Source: Blepharisma stoltei ATCC 30299 (Eukaryota; Protista; Ciliophora). From it: DNA of 64,000 nucleotides. Numbering within the stretch: position 1 is the first letter of the stretch; every line of letters starts with the position of its first letter. The DNA lies in contig CBFDEM010000010.1 of NCBI GenBank assembly GCA_965603825.1, positions 372,001-436,000 of the forward strand, written 5' to 3'. Shown here piece by piece: positions 1 through 11,417 of this stretch. The notes below the pieces were generated by a model. The model did not search any database. It was not told the DNA's origin and worked only from the letters and a program-made list of their open reading frames with translations. Position numbers and translations under genes: made by a program.

Positions 1-1
1 C

Positions 2-799
2 CCTGAGAAGGAAACAAGGCAGTGGCAAAGAAAAGACAGATCCAACTCTAATAAACAAGTTACGATCCTGGAGTGCCAAGAATGCCTTAATAAGCAATTA
101 AGAATTGCTGAAAAAGATAGTATTATTAAAGAGCTTCAAGAATCTTTAAGTCCTTCTCCAATTCATTCTAGGAGTCTTGATTCATATGCCAGCAATAAAA
201 ATTTCCAAGTTTTAAAAGAAAGGTTCAGGCAAAAACTTTCATTTATCAGAAATTTACTTGGAGAGCCAAGACAAATCGTACTTCCTGGGCAAAAAGCACT
301 GATTAGTCTTATTGAAAAAAGAGAAAGTTTGGAAAGATGGTGGAGTAAAAGAGCTGAGCTTTCCCAAGAAAGCGAATGGATAAAAGAAGGCCAGCAACTG
401 ATTTCTCAAACGTGTGTATTTGCTAAAGAAGCTTTAGAACTGAAGCCAACGATCAAAGGAAGACCAGGCCGTGAGATGAGAATGAGCGTCCACAAGCAAG
501 TTATTGAAATTGAGCAGGCCCTCAATGATTTGACTTCTTTGACTTCAGAAGTCCAAGAAATCAAGCGAATGTTCTTAGAATTGCCGTATCTTCTTAAACC
601 AATGTTTGATCTGATGAAAGAATATGAGCAGCAAAGCTCAGGGATCGAGCTCTCTCCAGACTTGAAACTTGAGTCTGTCATAAGTGAACTAAAACTATTG
701 CAAGAGTCATTAGGCGACCAGCAGAGCCAAATGGAAAACAATGAGCAGTTTGCTCCTGTAAGAAGAACTTCTAAAAGACATAGAACTAATGCATCATAA
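2..799 (+). CDS. Hypothetical coiled-coil protein, 5'-truncated by window edge
   Basis: The frame of ORF 329..799 is open back to position 2 and ends TAA; E/K/Q/L-rich. Confidence 0.7.
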   Translation, partial: PEKETRQWQRKDRSNSNKQVTILECQECLNKQLRIAEKDSIIKELQESLSPSPIHSRSLDSYASNKNFQVLKERFRQKLSFIRNLLGEPRQIVLPGQKALISLIEKRESLERWWSKRAELSQESEWIKEGQQLISQTCVFAKEALELKPTIKGRPGREMRMSVHKQVIEIEQALNDLTSLTSEVQEIKRMFLELPYLLKPMFDLMKEYEQQSSGIELSPDLKLESVISELKLLQESLGDQQSQMENNEQFAPVRRTSKRHRTNAS

Positions 800-840
800 T
801 AATTGAATGGGTTCTATTAATCCGCAATAAAAAAATAATT

Positions 841-1251
841 ATGAAACATAACTTTTCTCATCCAAATAGACTTATCGCAAGATTTGAAGAAGACCACCTG
901 ACAAGACGGCATTTAATTAGTTTAAATTCAGTCAAATCGACATTGAACCTTAAAAACACTTTTTTTTCTGAAAATTTGAGGAAAAGAAAAACGACGATGA
1001 GAAATAAAAGAATTGGACTAAAAGAAGTGAGCGCTTTATCACCTTCCTCATTCAGCAAATCGACCGTCCATTTAAGTCCTATTATCAGACTCAAAAAAGC
1101 TAGAAATCATATTGTAAGCTTAAAATCTAAATTAGAAGAAAAAGATAAAGAAATAAATAGACTGAAATCTGAATTAGCAGTATGGCAGCATATAAATATT
1201 AATAAAGATGCACCAACTCCAGATATAAACCCGATGCTAACCCCGGATTAA
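841..1251 (+). CDS. Hypothetical basic protein with short C-terminal coiled coil
   Basis: ATG after an A-rich leader, 136 codons, TAA stop; no family recognised. Confidence 0.55.
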   Translation: MKHNFSHPNRLIARFEEDHLTRRHLISLNSVKSTLNLKNTFFSENLRKRKTTMRNKRIGLKEVSALSPSSFSKSTVHLSPIIRLKKARNHIVSLKSKLEEKDKEINRLKSELAVWQHININKDAPTPDINPMLTPD

Positions 1252-1383
1252 GCAATAAAATACGCATTAATTTCTTCATATATCAGCATAAAGCAATCAA
1301 TTAATAAGATACCAAATTAATTTCCCATCCACCCAAAATGATTTCATTAATCAGTAATTTTTTTATCATAGAATTTGTAATTA

Positions 1384-2109
1384 ATGCGTATAGCTAGACT
1401 CATGGCCAGGTCCTTCGCAGATAAGCGAAGTTATTCACGGGTTCCTGCAAAGGCTCCAGAGATGCCAAAATACTTGACGGAAACATACTGATGGGCTTAT
1501 GTTCACCCTAATGCAGTTTGGTTTTTCGAAAGACAGTGGCTAGTCAATTTGATTCTTTGGGGCAATTTTAATCGCTTAAGAGACCATGCCCTGAGAGAAA
1601 TAAACTTCCCAAGCAAGACTTTACAAGTTGCATGCGTTTATGGAAACTTCACCGAAGAGCTCGCTCGTCTTTCAAACTCGGAATCTGAAGTTCATGTTGT
1701 TGATGTTGCTGAAATCCAACTTGAGAATTTAAGAGAAAAATGCAAAAATGTAAAGAACCTACACGTCCACCACCAAGATTCCACAAATTTGGCATTTGAG
1801 GACAATGCTTTTGATAACACAGTGGTCTACTTCTTGCTGCATGAACAGCCTGAAGAAGCCAGAAAATTGACCGTACAGGAAGCTGTGAGGGTCACAAAGC
1901 CTGGAGGAAAAGTGGTATTTATCGATTATCATGGGCCGTCGAGGCTAAACCCATTCCGCTATGTGATGATTCCGATCTTAAAAAACTTGGAACCATTCGC
2001 ACTGGATATGTGGAAGAAAGAAATCAAAGATTGGCTTCCTCCAGTGGCAGATATCTCGAAGGTGACTTATTTTGGAGGGCTATACCAGAAAGTAGTAGTT
2101 AAAAAGTAA
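1384..2109 (+). CDS. rquA: Rhodoquinone biosynthesis protein RquA (methyltransferase-like fold) with predicted mitochondrial presequence
   Basis: With TGA 1489-1491 read as Trp: YLTETYWWAYVHPNAVWFFERQWLVNLILWGNF, LQVACVYG, FLLHEQP and LEPFALDMW, all RquA signatures. N-terminus MRIARLMARSFADKRSYS is Arg/Ser-rich. Confidence 0.92.
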
Positions 2110-2177
2110 GTAGCTTTACTGAATATAATTAAAATTAATTATCATGAAAAGTCTTAATTTTAACACTTTAGAATTAA

Positions 2178-4163
2178 CTACAATGCTTTACCATTGGCCA
2201 AAAACAGTCCTCTTTTGTACACAAGGCTTCCTCTTAAGTAAGTCATATGGATCTTTCCTGGAAGGACTTCTCCTTTAAATGGAGAAATTTGTGGATGTCT
2301 CATATATATGCATGTCTGGGCTTCTTGGTCTTCTGGGTCCCACACTATGAGATCTGCATGCTTATTGATGGCGATGCTTCCTTTTATATGACTTATACCA
2401 ATAATTTCAGCTGGAACTTGGCTAAGAATTTTTGCTAGTTTCGGAGCCACAATTCTTGGGTCTCCTTTTAATGCTTCCCAGCAGCACTGCAAATTAAGCC
2501 CAATACTGCTTATCCCACTTACAGCCCTTTTAAAATCCCCTTTCTGCAAGCATTTAAGAAAAGGTTTTATTGGCCGATGATACGAAGTTAGGATATCAAT
2601 CCCACCAAGTCTTAAAACATCTAACAAAAGTTTTCTATTTTTTTCTTCTCGAATAGGAGGATTTACTTTGAATCTTGTATCTCCATCCTTGATGTGCTCA
2701 TCAGAAAAATGAGTATAAAACCCAGCAGTATCACAAGTGACCATCAAATCAGGATTTTCACGTTTTGCTTTTCTGATAATATAAACTGCATTTGCGCTGC
2801 TTAAATTCGAGATATGAACTTTTGCATTAGGATTTTTAGCTAGCTCAGAAAGCAAAAGCTGAACACCGTTTGCTTCCCAATGAGGAGGAGAGTTTGAGAG
2901 ATAAGTCTTATAATCTGAGTTCTCCATAGGGATTACTGCTTTTTTACACATAATTGGAGGAGGTCTTCGAACTTGTCTTGCATTTGTTTCTGTTATTATT
3001 GGTTTTATTGGGCTCTTTCTGCTGAATAGGGTGAGGTTTGGAGATCTTATTTGAAATGGAGATACAGCTTTTTCGGGCGAAACTTCTAAGAAGTCAGTGA
3101 TTTTAGAGACTGCTGGCTGAAAAACAGTGAAACCTGACCGTGAATAAGTCATCATTTCTGCTTTAATTAAGCTTTCTAGGTTATTTGACTGGTATCTTAA
3201 CTGCCTTTCCAAATATTTTTCACTTTTTATATCAGAGGAAGGAGTATTTCTCATAGGCGTAGACTGATTAGAACTAATAGGAGAAGTATCAGATGAAGTC
3301 GGCTCTATGTCTTCTGGAAAAGCCCCTGCAAAAGTAGTCATTTCTGGCTGTGGGATATTTTGGCGGTTTTCGATACCCTCTTTTCGAAATGGCGAACTCA
3401 TATAAAGATACCTCTCATTAGTCTTTTCTGGATGAAAAAATAGTGGTTTCCCAGTCCTTGCAACAGAGTCATATAAAACCCCAAGCTTCTCAACAGGAAT
3501 AAAATTAATATCTCCTGATGGTGGCAATAAGTATCCTTTAAATCCCATGATTCCTGCTTTAGCGAGATCTTCCATTTCTGATAAAGAGTTCATATCTACA
3601 TGTGCGAGAAACCCAATGTCGCAATAAAGTGATATTTCTTCTAAGGAATTCAGCTTATGAGAAAAATCATGAATTGTTGTTAACGGAGATCTCGTAATTG
3701 TAGGAGACTCTATGACTGTTGTGATTCCCCCTGCAATTGCAGCTCGACTGCCAATTTCGTATCCTTCTCACTGCTCTATACTGGTGCTTGTGATACATCC
3801 TGAATTTTCGCTAACTGCGCTTCCTTCGTACTCTATTGTTTCGTCATTTGTTCCTATAGGATTGTCGTTGTTAAAACAAACATTCAGATCGATTATCCCC
3901 GGACTGACATAAAGGTCACCAAGATCTTCCCACTCATATTCTTCATACAATTCTTGTAGATTTGAAATGGATTGATTGGATCCGTCAAGCTCAATTATAT
4001 TGGATATGATTTCATCATTGATGAAAATTACACCAGGGATTGATGAAGATTTTCTGTATAAATTTTACCCTTCAAGTATGATATTCTTAGAATACAAAGC
4101 TTTGAGAGTTGGCTGAGCTGAAAGTTCGAGACTATTAGGTGTGAGATACACTTGAGATGACAT
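2178..4163 (-). CDS. Allantoinase/dihydroorotase-like cyclic amidohydrolase homologue with degenerate metal ligands; 1 intron
   Basis: PGIID, AAIAGGITTVIESP, FKVNPPIR, KGSIAINKHADLIVWDP and TYLRG motifs; ORF pieces joined by TGA=Trp at 3768-3770 and intron 4054-4068. Confidence 0.85.
4054..4068 (-). other. 15-nt spliceosomal intron GTAAAATTTATACAG
   Basis: GT..AG, A at position 10, removes an in-frame TAA. Confidence 0.85.
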
Positions 4164-4342
4164 TAAATTTTTAAAGTTTTATTTAACGCTCTTTCCATTT
4201 AGCAATTTTTCAAAAGTTTTACTATTAAAATAAAGAATTTTTTGGAGTTTTATGAAGTTTAATAGAAATTATCAATGGATTGGTAGAGCTGAAGATGCTG
4301 ATTTAATCATGCTCAACGTTTTTTTACAATTATTTTCAATAA

Positions 4343-7060
4343 ATGGAGAGAGCAATTGAATCTTCAAGGTATGAAATAGGCAGCAATCAGTCAAATCCAG
4401 AATTTTTTTGAAAACTATATTATAAGATAAGGTTCGGACATGAGCTTGACGAAATTTATAAAACCACAACGAAACCAGTAACTGTAGACAAGGAATTGAG
4501 AGTGATATTGAAAGATTTCAGCGTTGAAATAGGCTGGGATATAGAAGAAAGTCATGAGTATTTTACTCAAAGGCTGAATCCTCACGATTTTCGAGACTTT
4601 TTAAACTTATACGATGTAAGCTTGGACGCCTTAAAAAGGAGGCTTGGCAATTACCTATTAGAAAAAATTTATGAGATAGAAGGAAACGAAAATACAGAAA
4701 TCAGCGACTTTTTGCATGCAATCTGGGACAAAGAAAACCCAGAAGAATTGATAGACTTGCGGTCAAGAAGAAGTCTTATAAAGCCAGTTGAAGACATTAA
4801 AAAAGAAGAAAATGACGTTGAGTCATACAAAAATAAAAAAAATCAGTCGCCAGAGCAGACTATTAGGTCAAATGAAAAAGACATGAAAAATCAGTCACCT
4901 GAACAAAGCATAAGGTCAAAGGATAAGGAAGGAAGTCCAAGGAAAAAAGAAGGAAAAGCTGGGCTGACAGATGAAAGTGTTAAGCAGCTAAAAGAAGATA
5001 TTGAGTCTGCAGTTTCGAGTATCAAAAAAATTGATAGTGAGTTTGCAAGCTTTATGACGGAAAAACAGAATATTTCGGTGAAGAAACGAAAAGGTAGTGA
5101 TAGCTCTGAAGATTCTTCAAATAAAAGTGAAGCAGAAAAGAAGTTTGCTGAAGCTAGTTTTAGATCGAAAGTAAAGGACTCTTCAGAATCGGAAAGGGAA
5201 AGTGCTAAAAGAAAGCCGCCAGCAGGTAATCAAGATAATATGAAAATAAGAAAAGTACAGAAAGAAGATTCACAATCAATAATCAGACGATCGACTGAGC
5301 CTAAAAGAGAAGAATCCCCATCTTTTCAAAAAGAAGCCAATAAGCTAGCAAAAGCATCATCTATTAATAAAATTCTCACGAAGCAAAATGAATCATTCAC
5401 AAAAGATAGCTCCAAAAAAGAACAAGGAACTAGGCATGTAAAGACTCCAAGTCTCCTTATGATTTATCAAGAAACAAAAGATCCTCAAGACGAAAGCGTT
5501 TACGATAGACAAGCCAACGTTTTAAGATCTACTGAAATTTATCCAGTCTATAGCGACTTAGTGTTAAAAGATACATGGCTCACAAAGCTCCTAGAGCCTC
5601 TTACTCAAGAAATTGAAGAAATTTTTTACTCCTACGACCACAAAGAGGAAAAACAAGTTGATGTTCGTCAGCTGAAAAATGTTTTCAGGGAAATCATAGC
5701 AATTGCTCATGTTGAAATTTCTGAAAACAACTACGAAGATTTTGATAAACTAGTCAACCAAGAATTTATGTCAAGTATAAATCACAGCTCATTAAGTAAT
5801 ATGCAAACAAATAAAGCAAACTTCAGCCAGTTTATGAAAATTTTGCAGAAATGGTCTTTAAGAAATGAGCCTGAAGCAAATGATTTAGTAGGAAAAATAA
5901 AAAGAGCAATTAAAGAGTATGAAAATATTGTTAATACATATGGAGGATCAAGTGAAGATACTACTCCTGTAGAAACTTTAATTCAAGAGCTTAAAAAAGA
6001 GCTTGAAGCTCATGTAGCTATAAAAGAAGAAAAATCTGCTAAGCAAATCGCTGATGAACAAAGGAAAAATATTACTGAATTATTCCAGTTTTATTCAAAA
6101 ATACAGAATATGATGGGTCAAGCACCTACATTTGAAGAAATCAATGAGAGTTATACAGTGTGAACTGTCGTCAAATTTTTTAAATTTTTGACGGATTTTA
6201 ATGTTATAGGGAAACAAGAAGAAAGAATAAGGCTTTTAAGCAAAGATCAAGCACAGCAAATTTTCAAAAAGCTAGCAAATAATTCTAGGCTGCTGAGCGA
6301 AAACCAGTTTATTGATGCGCTAGATAAGCTTGCTGATCTGTATTATAATAATGAATACGATACAATTTATAACACTTCATATGCGAGTTTAACAATACCT
6401 GAAAAAAGGATACTTTTTTACAAGTTTTTAGAGCTCAGCAATAAAAATGCCTTATTAAAGAAAGCTAAAGGTTTTCGACTAGCATTCAGCAATGAAAGAG
6501 GCGGCGCTCGAATCCCAGAAAACGATGCCAGCAAACACTACGTTTTCAAAATGTCCGCTGAAAAGAAAAAACAACTCGAAGAGTGGCGAAAAGAAAAGCA
6601 ATCAAAGTCAGCTCCTCAATCAAATATAAAACTGAGGCCTGAACCTCAAAAAAATATCAATGAAATTAAAGTGACAATGCCCACTTCAGGATATGCAAAA
6701 AGAAGAAAGGCTAAAAAAATTGTCAATGGAGAAGAATCCATGATAAAAGCTGAAGAAGAAGAAGAAACTGTGATCCAGCAGCCAAAAATCCCACAACAAC
6801 AAGTTTTGACGCTGCAAGGAATCAATGGGATGGATTATAGGGAATTTGATGAAGATGGAGACCTAAAAGATTTGATTACAGAAGATAATGACGAATATTT
6901 AGATCAGATGTGGGGAATTACCAAAAAAGAGTCACAGCCAAAAATACAGGAAGATATAAAACGATTCCAAGGAATTATGAAGATGCATGATGAAAAGATC
7001 GCTAAGGGCATGAAAGTGCTAGAAAAAGCAAGGCATGGATATGGATATGCTGCAAGATAA
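4343..7060 (+). CDS. Large charged protein (~905 aa) with a p25-alpha/EF-hand-like helical domain in the C-terminal third
   Basis: Single frame from ATG 4343 through two TGA=Trp codons. WTVVKFFKFLTDF...AQQIFKKL...ENQFIDALDKLA resembles p25-alpha (tentative). Confidence 0.7.
4838..4920 (+). repeat. Two-copy 48-nt-period coding repeat (KNQSPEQ[T/S]IRS)
   Basis: aaaaatcagtcgccagagcagactattaggtcaaa versus aaaaatcagtcacctgaacaaagcataaggtcaaa. Confidence 0.7.
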
Positions 7061-7445
7061 CGAATTTCAAATAATTTTTTTAATTGCTATCATAATTCTA
7101 TAGTAATCTTACTCAATCTTAACATGCCGCTGGCTATCCGAAAAATTCTTAAAATTGGTGATTATTAAAAACTATGCCATTTCATTATCCTAAAATTTCA
7201 TATTAATCAAACAAAAATGTTAAATGATGCATTTGGTGACTTTATTATATTTTCTTGCCGAACAAAAAACTATATAAATTTCCCACAATTTCTACTAATC
7301 CGTCTCACAATAAAATTAAAAGTTATTAATTTTCTCGTTAATTTACATAAAACATCATTTTTTACTCCCCACAAGCCCGACCTCCTTCCAGCGAATTTAA
7401 TTTGTCATCCTGTTGAAATAACTTCTTTCAACTCAATAAGAATAA

Positions 7446-8786
7446 ATGTGGAGACAATTTTTGTTCCTCTTGACACTAGGTGTTTCCCTGGGTGCTAAAC
7501 TTTCAGACTTAGTCACGAATCTTCCTGGCTTACCTGATACTCCAAATTTTGCAATTTATTCTGGCTATCTCAGCATTCCTAATTCCAATGGTAAAATGCT
7601 TCACTACATCATGGTTGAAAGCCAAAATAACCCATCTACCGACCCACTTATATTATGGCTTAATGGAGGTCCAGGCTGTTCTTCAATGGATGGTCTTTTT
7701 TACGAGCACGGCCCATACATTTTCCCAGCAACTTCAACTACTTTGGTAAGAAATCAGCATGCCTGGAACACCAATGCAACAGTCATTTACATCGACTCGC
7801 CAGCTGGAGTTGGCTTTTCTGTCTTAGGAGCTGCAGCAAATAACCAAACCAACGACCTAATCACAGCCCACGACACTTTGCAAGCGCTTTTGCAGTTTTT
7901 CGTTGAATTTCCTGAGTATAGAAAGAACGACTTTTATGTCTCCGGAGAAAGCTATGCCGGTATATATGTCCCAACCTTGGTTTATAACATTTTGATGCAC
8001 AATACCTATACCCCTTACCAAAGCATCAATCTTGTAGGAATGATGGTGGGAAATGGATGCACAGACTGGAACGTGGACACCACCCCAGCATTCGTAGAAA
8101 TGGCATGGAGTCATATTCTTTTGGGAGGATCTTGGTATACGAAGTTACCTTATGATTGTGAGAACTGGGATAATTTCAATGGGGAAGCTTGTGATAATGA
8201 TATTGACTATACCGTAGGGACCTTATTACAGAATGTCAATGTTTATGATATTTATGGAGAATGCATTCAGCATACTGGAGAAACTCACTTTGAAGACAAC
8301 CAAGGGAAGTTAAGATTTTTAAGAGACTCAGGGATGCTAGGGATTATCCCACCATGCGCAGCTTGGGTTGGAACTTATACATACCTAAGGAATGCTCAGG
8401 TTTTGAACGCCCTGCATATTAACACCACTTTATCAAACCCATGGTCACTGTGCTCAACTATTGATTATCAATCTGATTACTTGCACGGCTCAATTTACAC
8501 CTACCCATACATCATCCGCAGCGGCATCAAAATCCTTGTATACTCAGGTGACACTGATGGAGCAGTCCCTACAATTGGAACAAGGCAATGGATCAACAGT
8601 CTTAACTTAGGCTACCAGCAGCAGTACTCTCAATGGTACGTCGACGACCAAGTTGCAGGGTGGTATGAAATTTACAATGGGCTTACATTTGTAACTGTGA
8701 GAGGAGCAGGCCATATGGTCCCAGAGTTTAAGCCAGCTCAAGCTCACCATATGTTGCTAGCTTTTCTTAATAATCAAAAGCCTTAG
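7446..8786 (+). CDS. Serine carboxypeptidase, family S10, with signal peptide
   Basis: WLNGGPGCSS, GESYAGIYVP, YSGDTD and VRGAGHMVP motifs; hydrophobic N-terminus. Confidence 0.96.
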   Translation: MWRQFLFLLTLGVSLGAKLSDLVTNLPGLPDTPNFAIYSGYLSIPNSNGKMLHYIMVESQNNPSTDPLILWLNGGPGCSSMDGLFYEHGPYIFPATSTTLVRNQHAWNTNATVIYIDSPAGVGFSVLGAAANNQTNDLITAHDTLQALLQFFVEFPEYRKNDFYVSGESYAGIYVPTLVYNILMHNTYTPYQSINLVGMMVGNGCTDWNVDTTPAFVEMAWSHILLGGSWYTKLPYDCENWDNFNGEACDNDIDYTVGTLLQNVNVYDIYGECIQHTGETHFEDNQGKLRFLRDSGMLGIIPPCAAWVGTYTYLRNAQVLNALHINTTLSNPWSLCSTIDYQSDYLHGSIYTYPYIIRSGIKILVYSGDTDGAVPTIGTRQWINSLNLGYQQQYSQWYVDDQVAGWYEIYNGLTFVTVRGAGHMVPEFKPAQAHHMLLAFLNNQKP

Positions 8787-8817
8787 TTAACAATAAAAAA
8801 ACTTTCATACTAAATAT

Positions 8818-11343
8818 ATGTCCAAATTGATAAAAAGGATAGGGACTAAGAAGCAAGTTTTTTCCTATGATATCACAGTTCACTATATCCAAATGGCACT
8901 AAGTCGTCCAGTTCGCATCAATGTAGTTTGAAAAAGAAGTAAATAGTAATTAGAAAAGAAAAGAATTGAAACAAAAAACAAAAATGCATTGTCCCCGTCA
9001 ACAGGGAGTGTAGAAATCAACGAAACCCTTACGATGATAAATACTCTTTATCAAGAAAAGTCTGGAGAATTTTTGAGGAAGAAAGCTTTATTGACTATAC
9101 AGGCTATTGTTGATGGCCAAGGCATGAAAAAGGTCGGGACATTGAGTTTGAATATTTCTGAGTACTATAATTCTTCATTGGAACAGAAGATTTTCGCAGT
9201 TGAAAAGTGTACAGATAAAAATGCAAAAATTTGCATATCAATTCATGCTCAGCCGCTGGGGGATTTAGCAATTGCGGATAATATGAGTGAAGCGTCTGGA
9301 GTGACTGGGTTTAGTATGGGAACAGAAGGAGATTTTGATGGTCCGTTGTTTGATCAAGATATAGGGGATCTTGAAGAAGAAGCTCATGCTCCAAAGATTA
9401 TCCCGACAAGTATTGCTAAACAATCAATTAATAGACCGATATTGAAGCTGCCTGAGATTGGGCCTGTTAATCCTTTAAAAATTACGCAAGCATTATCGCC
9501 AAAGCCGCCTCCAGACTCTGAAACACCAGAGCTGAAAGCTAAGCTTGAAGTTTTAGAAAAGGAAAAAGCCCAACTGAAAGCAGAAAAAGACCAGCTCAAA
9601 GTAGACCTTGGTGTCCAATATGAAAAAGCCAAAAAGGAACGGCAGCAATACATAGACTACACCAAAAAGCTCGACACAGATTTAGACGCTTTATCAAAAA
9701 AGAATGAAGCACTCAGAGAAAGAAATGCAAGAAGGAACGAGAAAATAAAAATTTTAAAGCAAACCAAAGACAATTTATTAAACGATTTACAAGAAGCAGA
9801 AAAAAGCTTAGCTGATGGACTAGCTGACAAAGAAGCGCTTAAAAATGAAAATAATGATTTAAGAGATGAGCTAAGAGTAGCAAAAGATAACCTTATAAAG
9901 CTAGAAAAACAAAACGAAAGCTTAAAGCAAGATTTCACAAATTTAGAAAATTCTTATAGAAATTTACAAGATATTAATGCCCAGATGAAAATGGATTTAG
10001 AATCAATTAGGCAAGAATTTGCAGCTTCAAGAGAAACACTCACTGCGAGAGGGATGGAAAATGATGCAGTTTTTAATGATTATAAGAAAAAGACTGAGGT
10101 GATTATTAATGATTATAAAAGAGAGCTGAAAAATCTAGAGCATGAAAGAGAGGAAGCGCTGTCTAAGCAGACTGAGCTGACTTTGGAGCTTCAAAAAACA
10201 AAAGCAGAGCTTACTGCTTTTGAAGAAAAGTTCAGGGACCAAAGCATAAAGCTTGAAAGAGAGCTTAATCAGCTGAGGGAAAGCAATACTGAACTTAATC
10301 AAAGGGCTGAAGAAGAGATTCAATCTAGAAAACAGCTGAAAGATAAAATGGCTGCTGACAAAGCAGAATTTGATGGTAAACTTGCAAAAATGACACAAAA
10401 TTATCAGGAAACTAAAGCCAAAAAAGAGCAACTAGAGCAGTCAATTTTAGAGTATGAAAGGCAGCTCCATAGAAGACAAACTGAGCAAGAAGGAGACACA
10501 GTAAATATCCAAAAATTTCAAGATAAAATTGAAAGTCTTGAAAAAAATGCAGCAAGATTAAAACAAGAAATAAAAGAGAAAGATAAAGAAATTGAAGAGA
10601 TTTACAGGCTTAAAGAAGCCTTAGATGAAGAGAATACTATGCTTTCTGAACAGTTAAAGAAAGCTACAACCACTGAATTCTCAGATCCTGCAAATATAAT
10701 ACTCCAAGAACAAATACAAAATTTAGAGAGCAAGCTGAAAATGACTGACCACGCATATAAAGAAGAAAGAAATTCGCTATATGAGCGTATAGAAATTCTT
10801 GAAAAACAAATTGAAATTTTGGAAGGCAAAAATGAAGAAAATTCTGCATTTTATGAAGACCATCTTCACAAATTAACTGTTGACAACCAATTAATGCTAA
10901 GAGAATTAGAAGAGACTAGAAAAGAAAAATCTTTTACAGCGAAAACAAATGCAGAAATGATAGCTTCTATGCAAGAAGAACACTATAAGCAAAATCTCCA
11001 CATGCTTGAAGTAGAAGTAACTGACTTAAAAACAAAACTCTCTCAGTCTCTAGCGGATTATAAAACAATGGAGAAGAAATACGTAGACTCAAAGCTCAGC
11101 TGGGCCAATGTAGATCTAGAAAGGGAAACTCTGATCCAAAAATATAAAGACGCCCAAGAGCAGCTGAGAGATTATTCTTCCCAATGCACAGTTATGGAAG
11201 TTGAGCTGTATAAAATCAATGAAAGGTTTGGACAGACATTAAACAATTACAACGAGCTTGAAATGGAAAATCATAATTTGAGACAGAAGCTAGAAGAATA
11301 TGAAAAGCCAAACGCTGGGAAAAAGAAAAAAAAGTTATTTTAA
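8818..11343 (+). CDS. NT-type C2 domain (EEIG1/EHBP1-like) plus long coiled coil; 1 intron
   Basis: MSKLIKRIGTKKQVFSYDITV...VVW(TGA)KR, KKVGTLSLNISEY, then ~600 aa of heptads and a polybasic C-terminus. Confidence 0.8.
8939..8953 (+). other. 15-nt intron GTAAATAGTAATTAG
   Basis: GT..AG, A10, removes in-frame TAG and TAA. Confidence 0.85.
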
Positions 11344-11417
11344 GGATTATATGTCTTCTGAAAATGCATATTATCTATTTATCACAGTTCAGCTCTTTAT
11401 TTTTCATTTAATATTCA

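Noticed and set aside
1489-1491. In-frame UGA as selenocysteine
   Set aside because: The positions correspond to conserved Trp, not Cys, in non-selenoprotein families
9384-10849. Antisense ORFs rich in F/S/L (also at 16283, 18258, 20325, 30794-32117 and 45952)
   Set aside because: They are shadows of K/E-rich or codon-biased genes on the opposite strand
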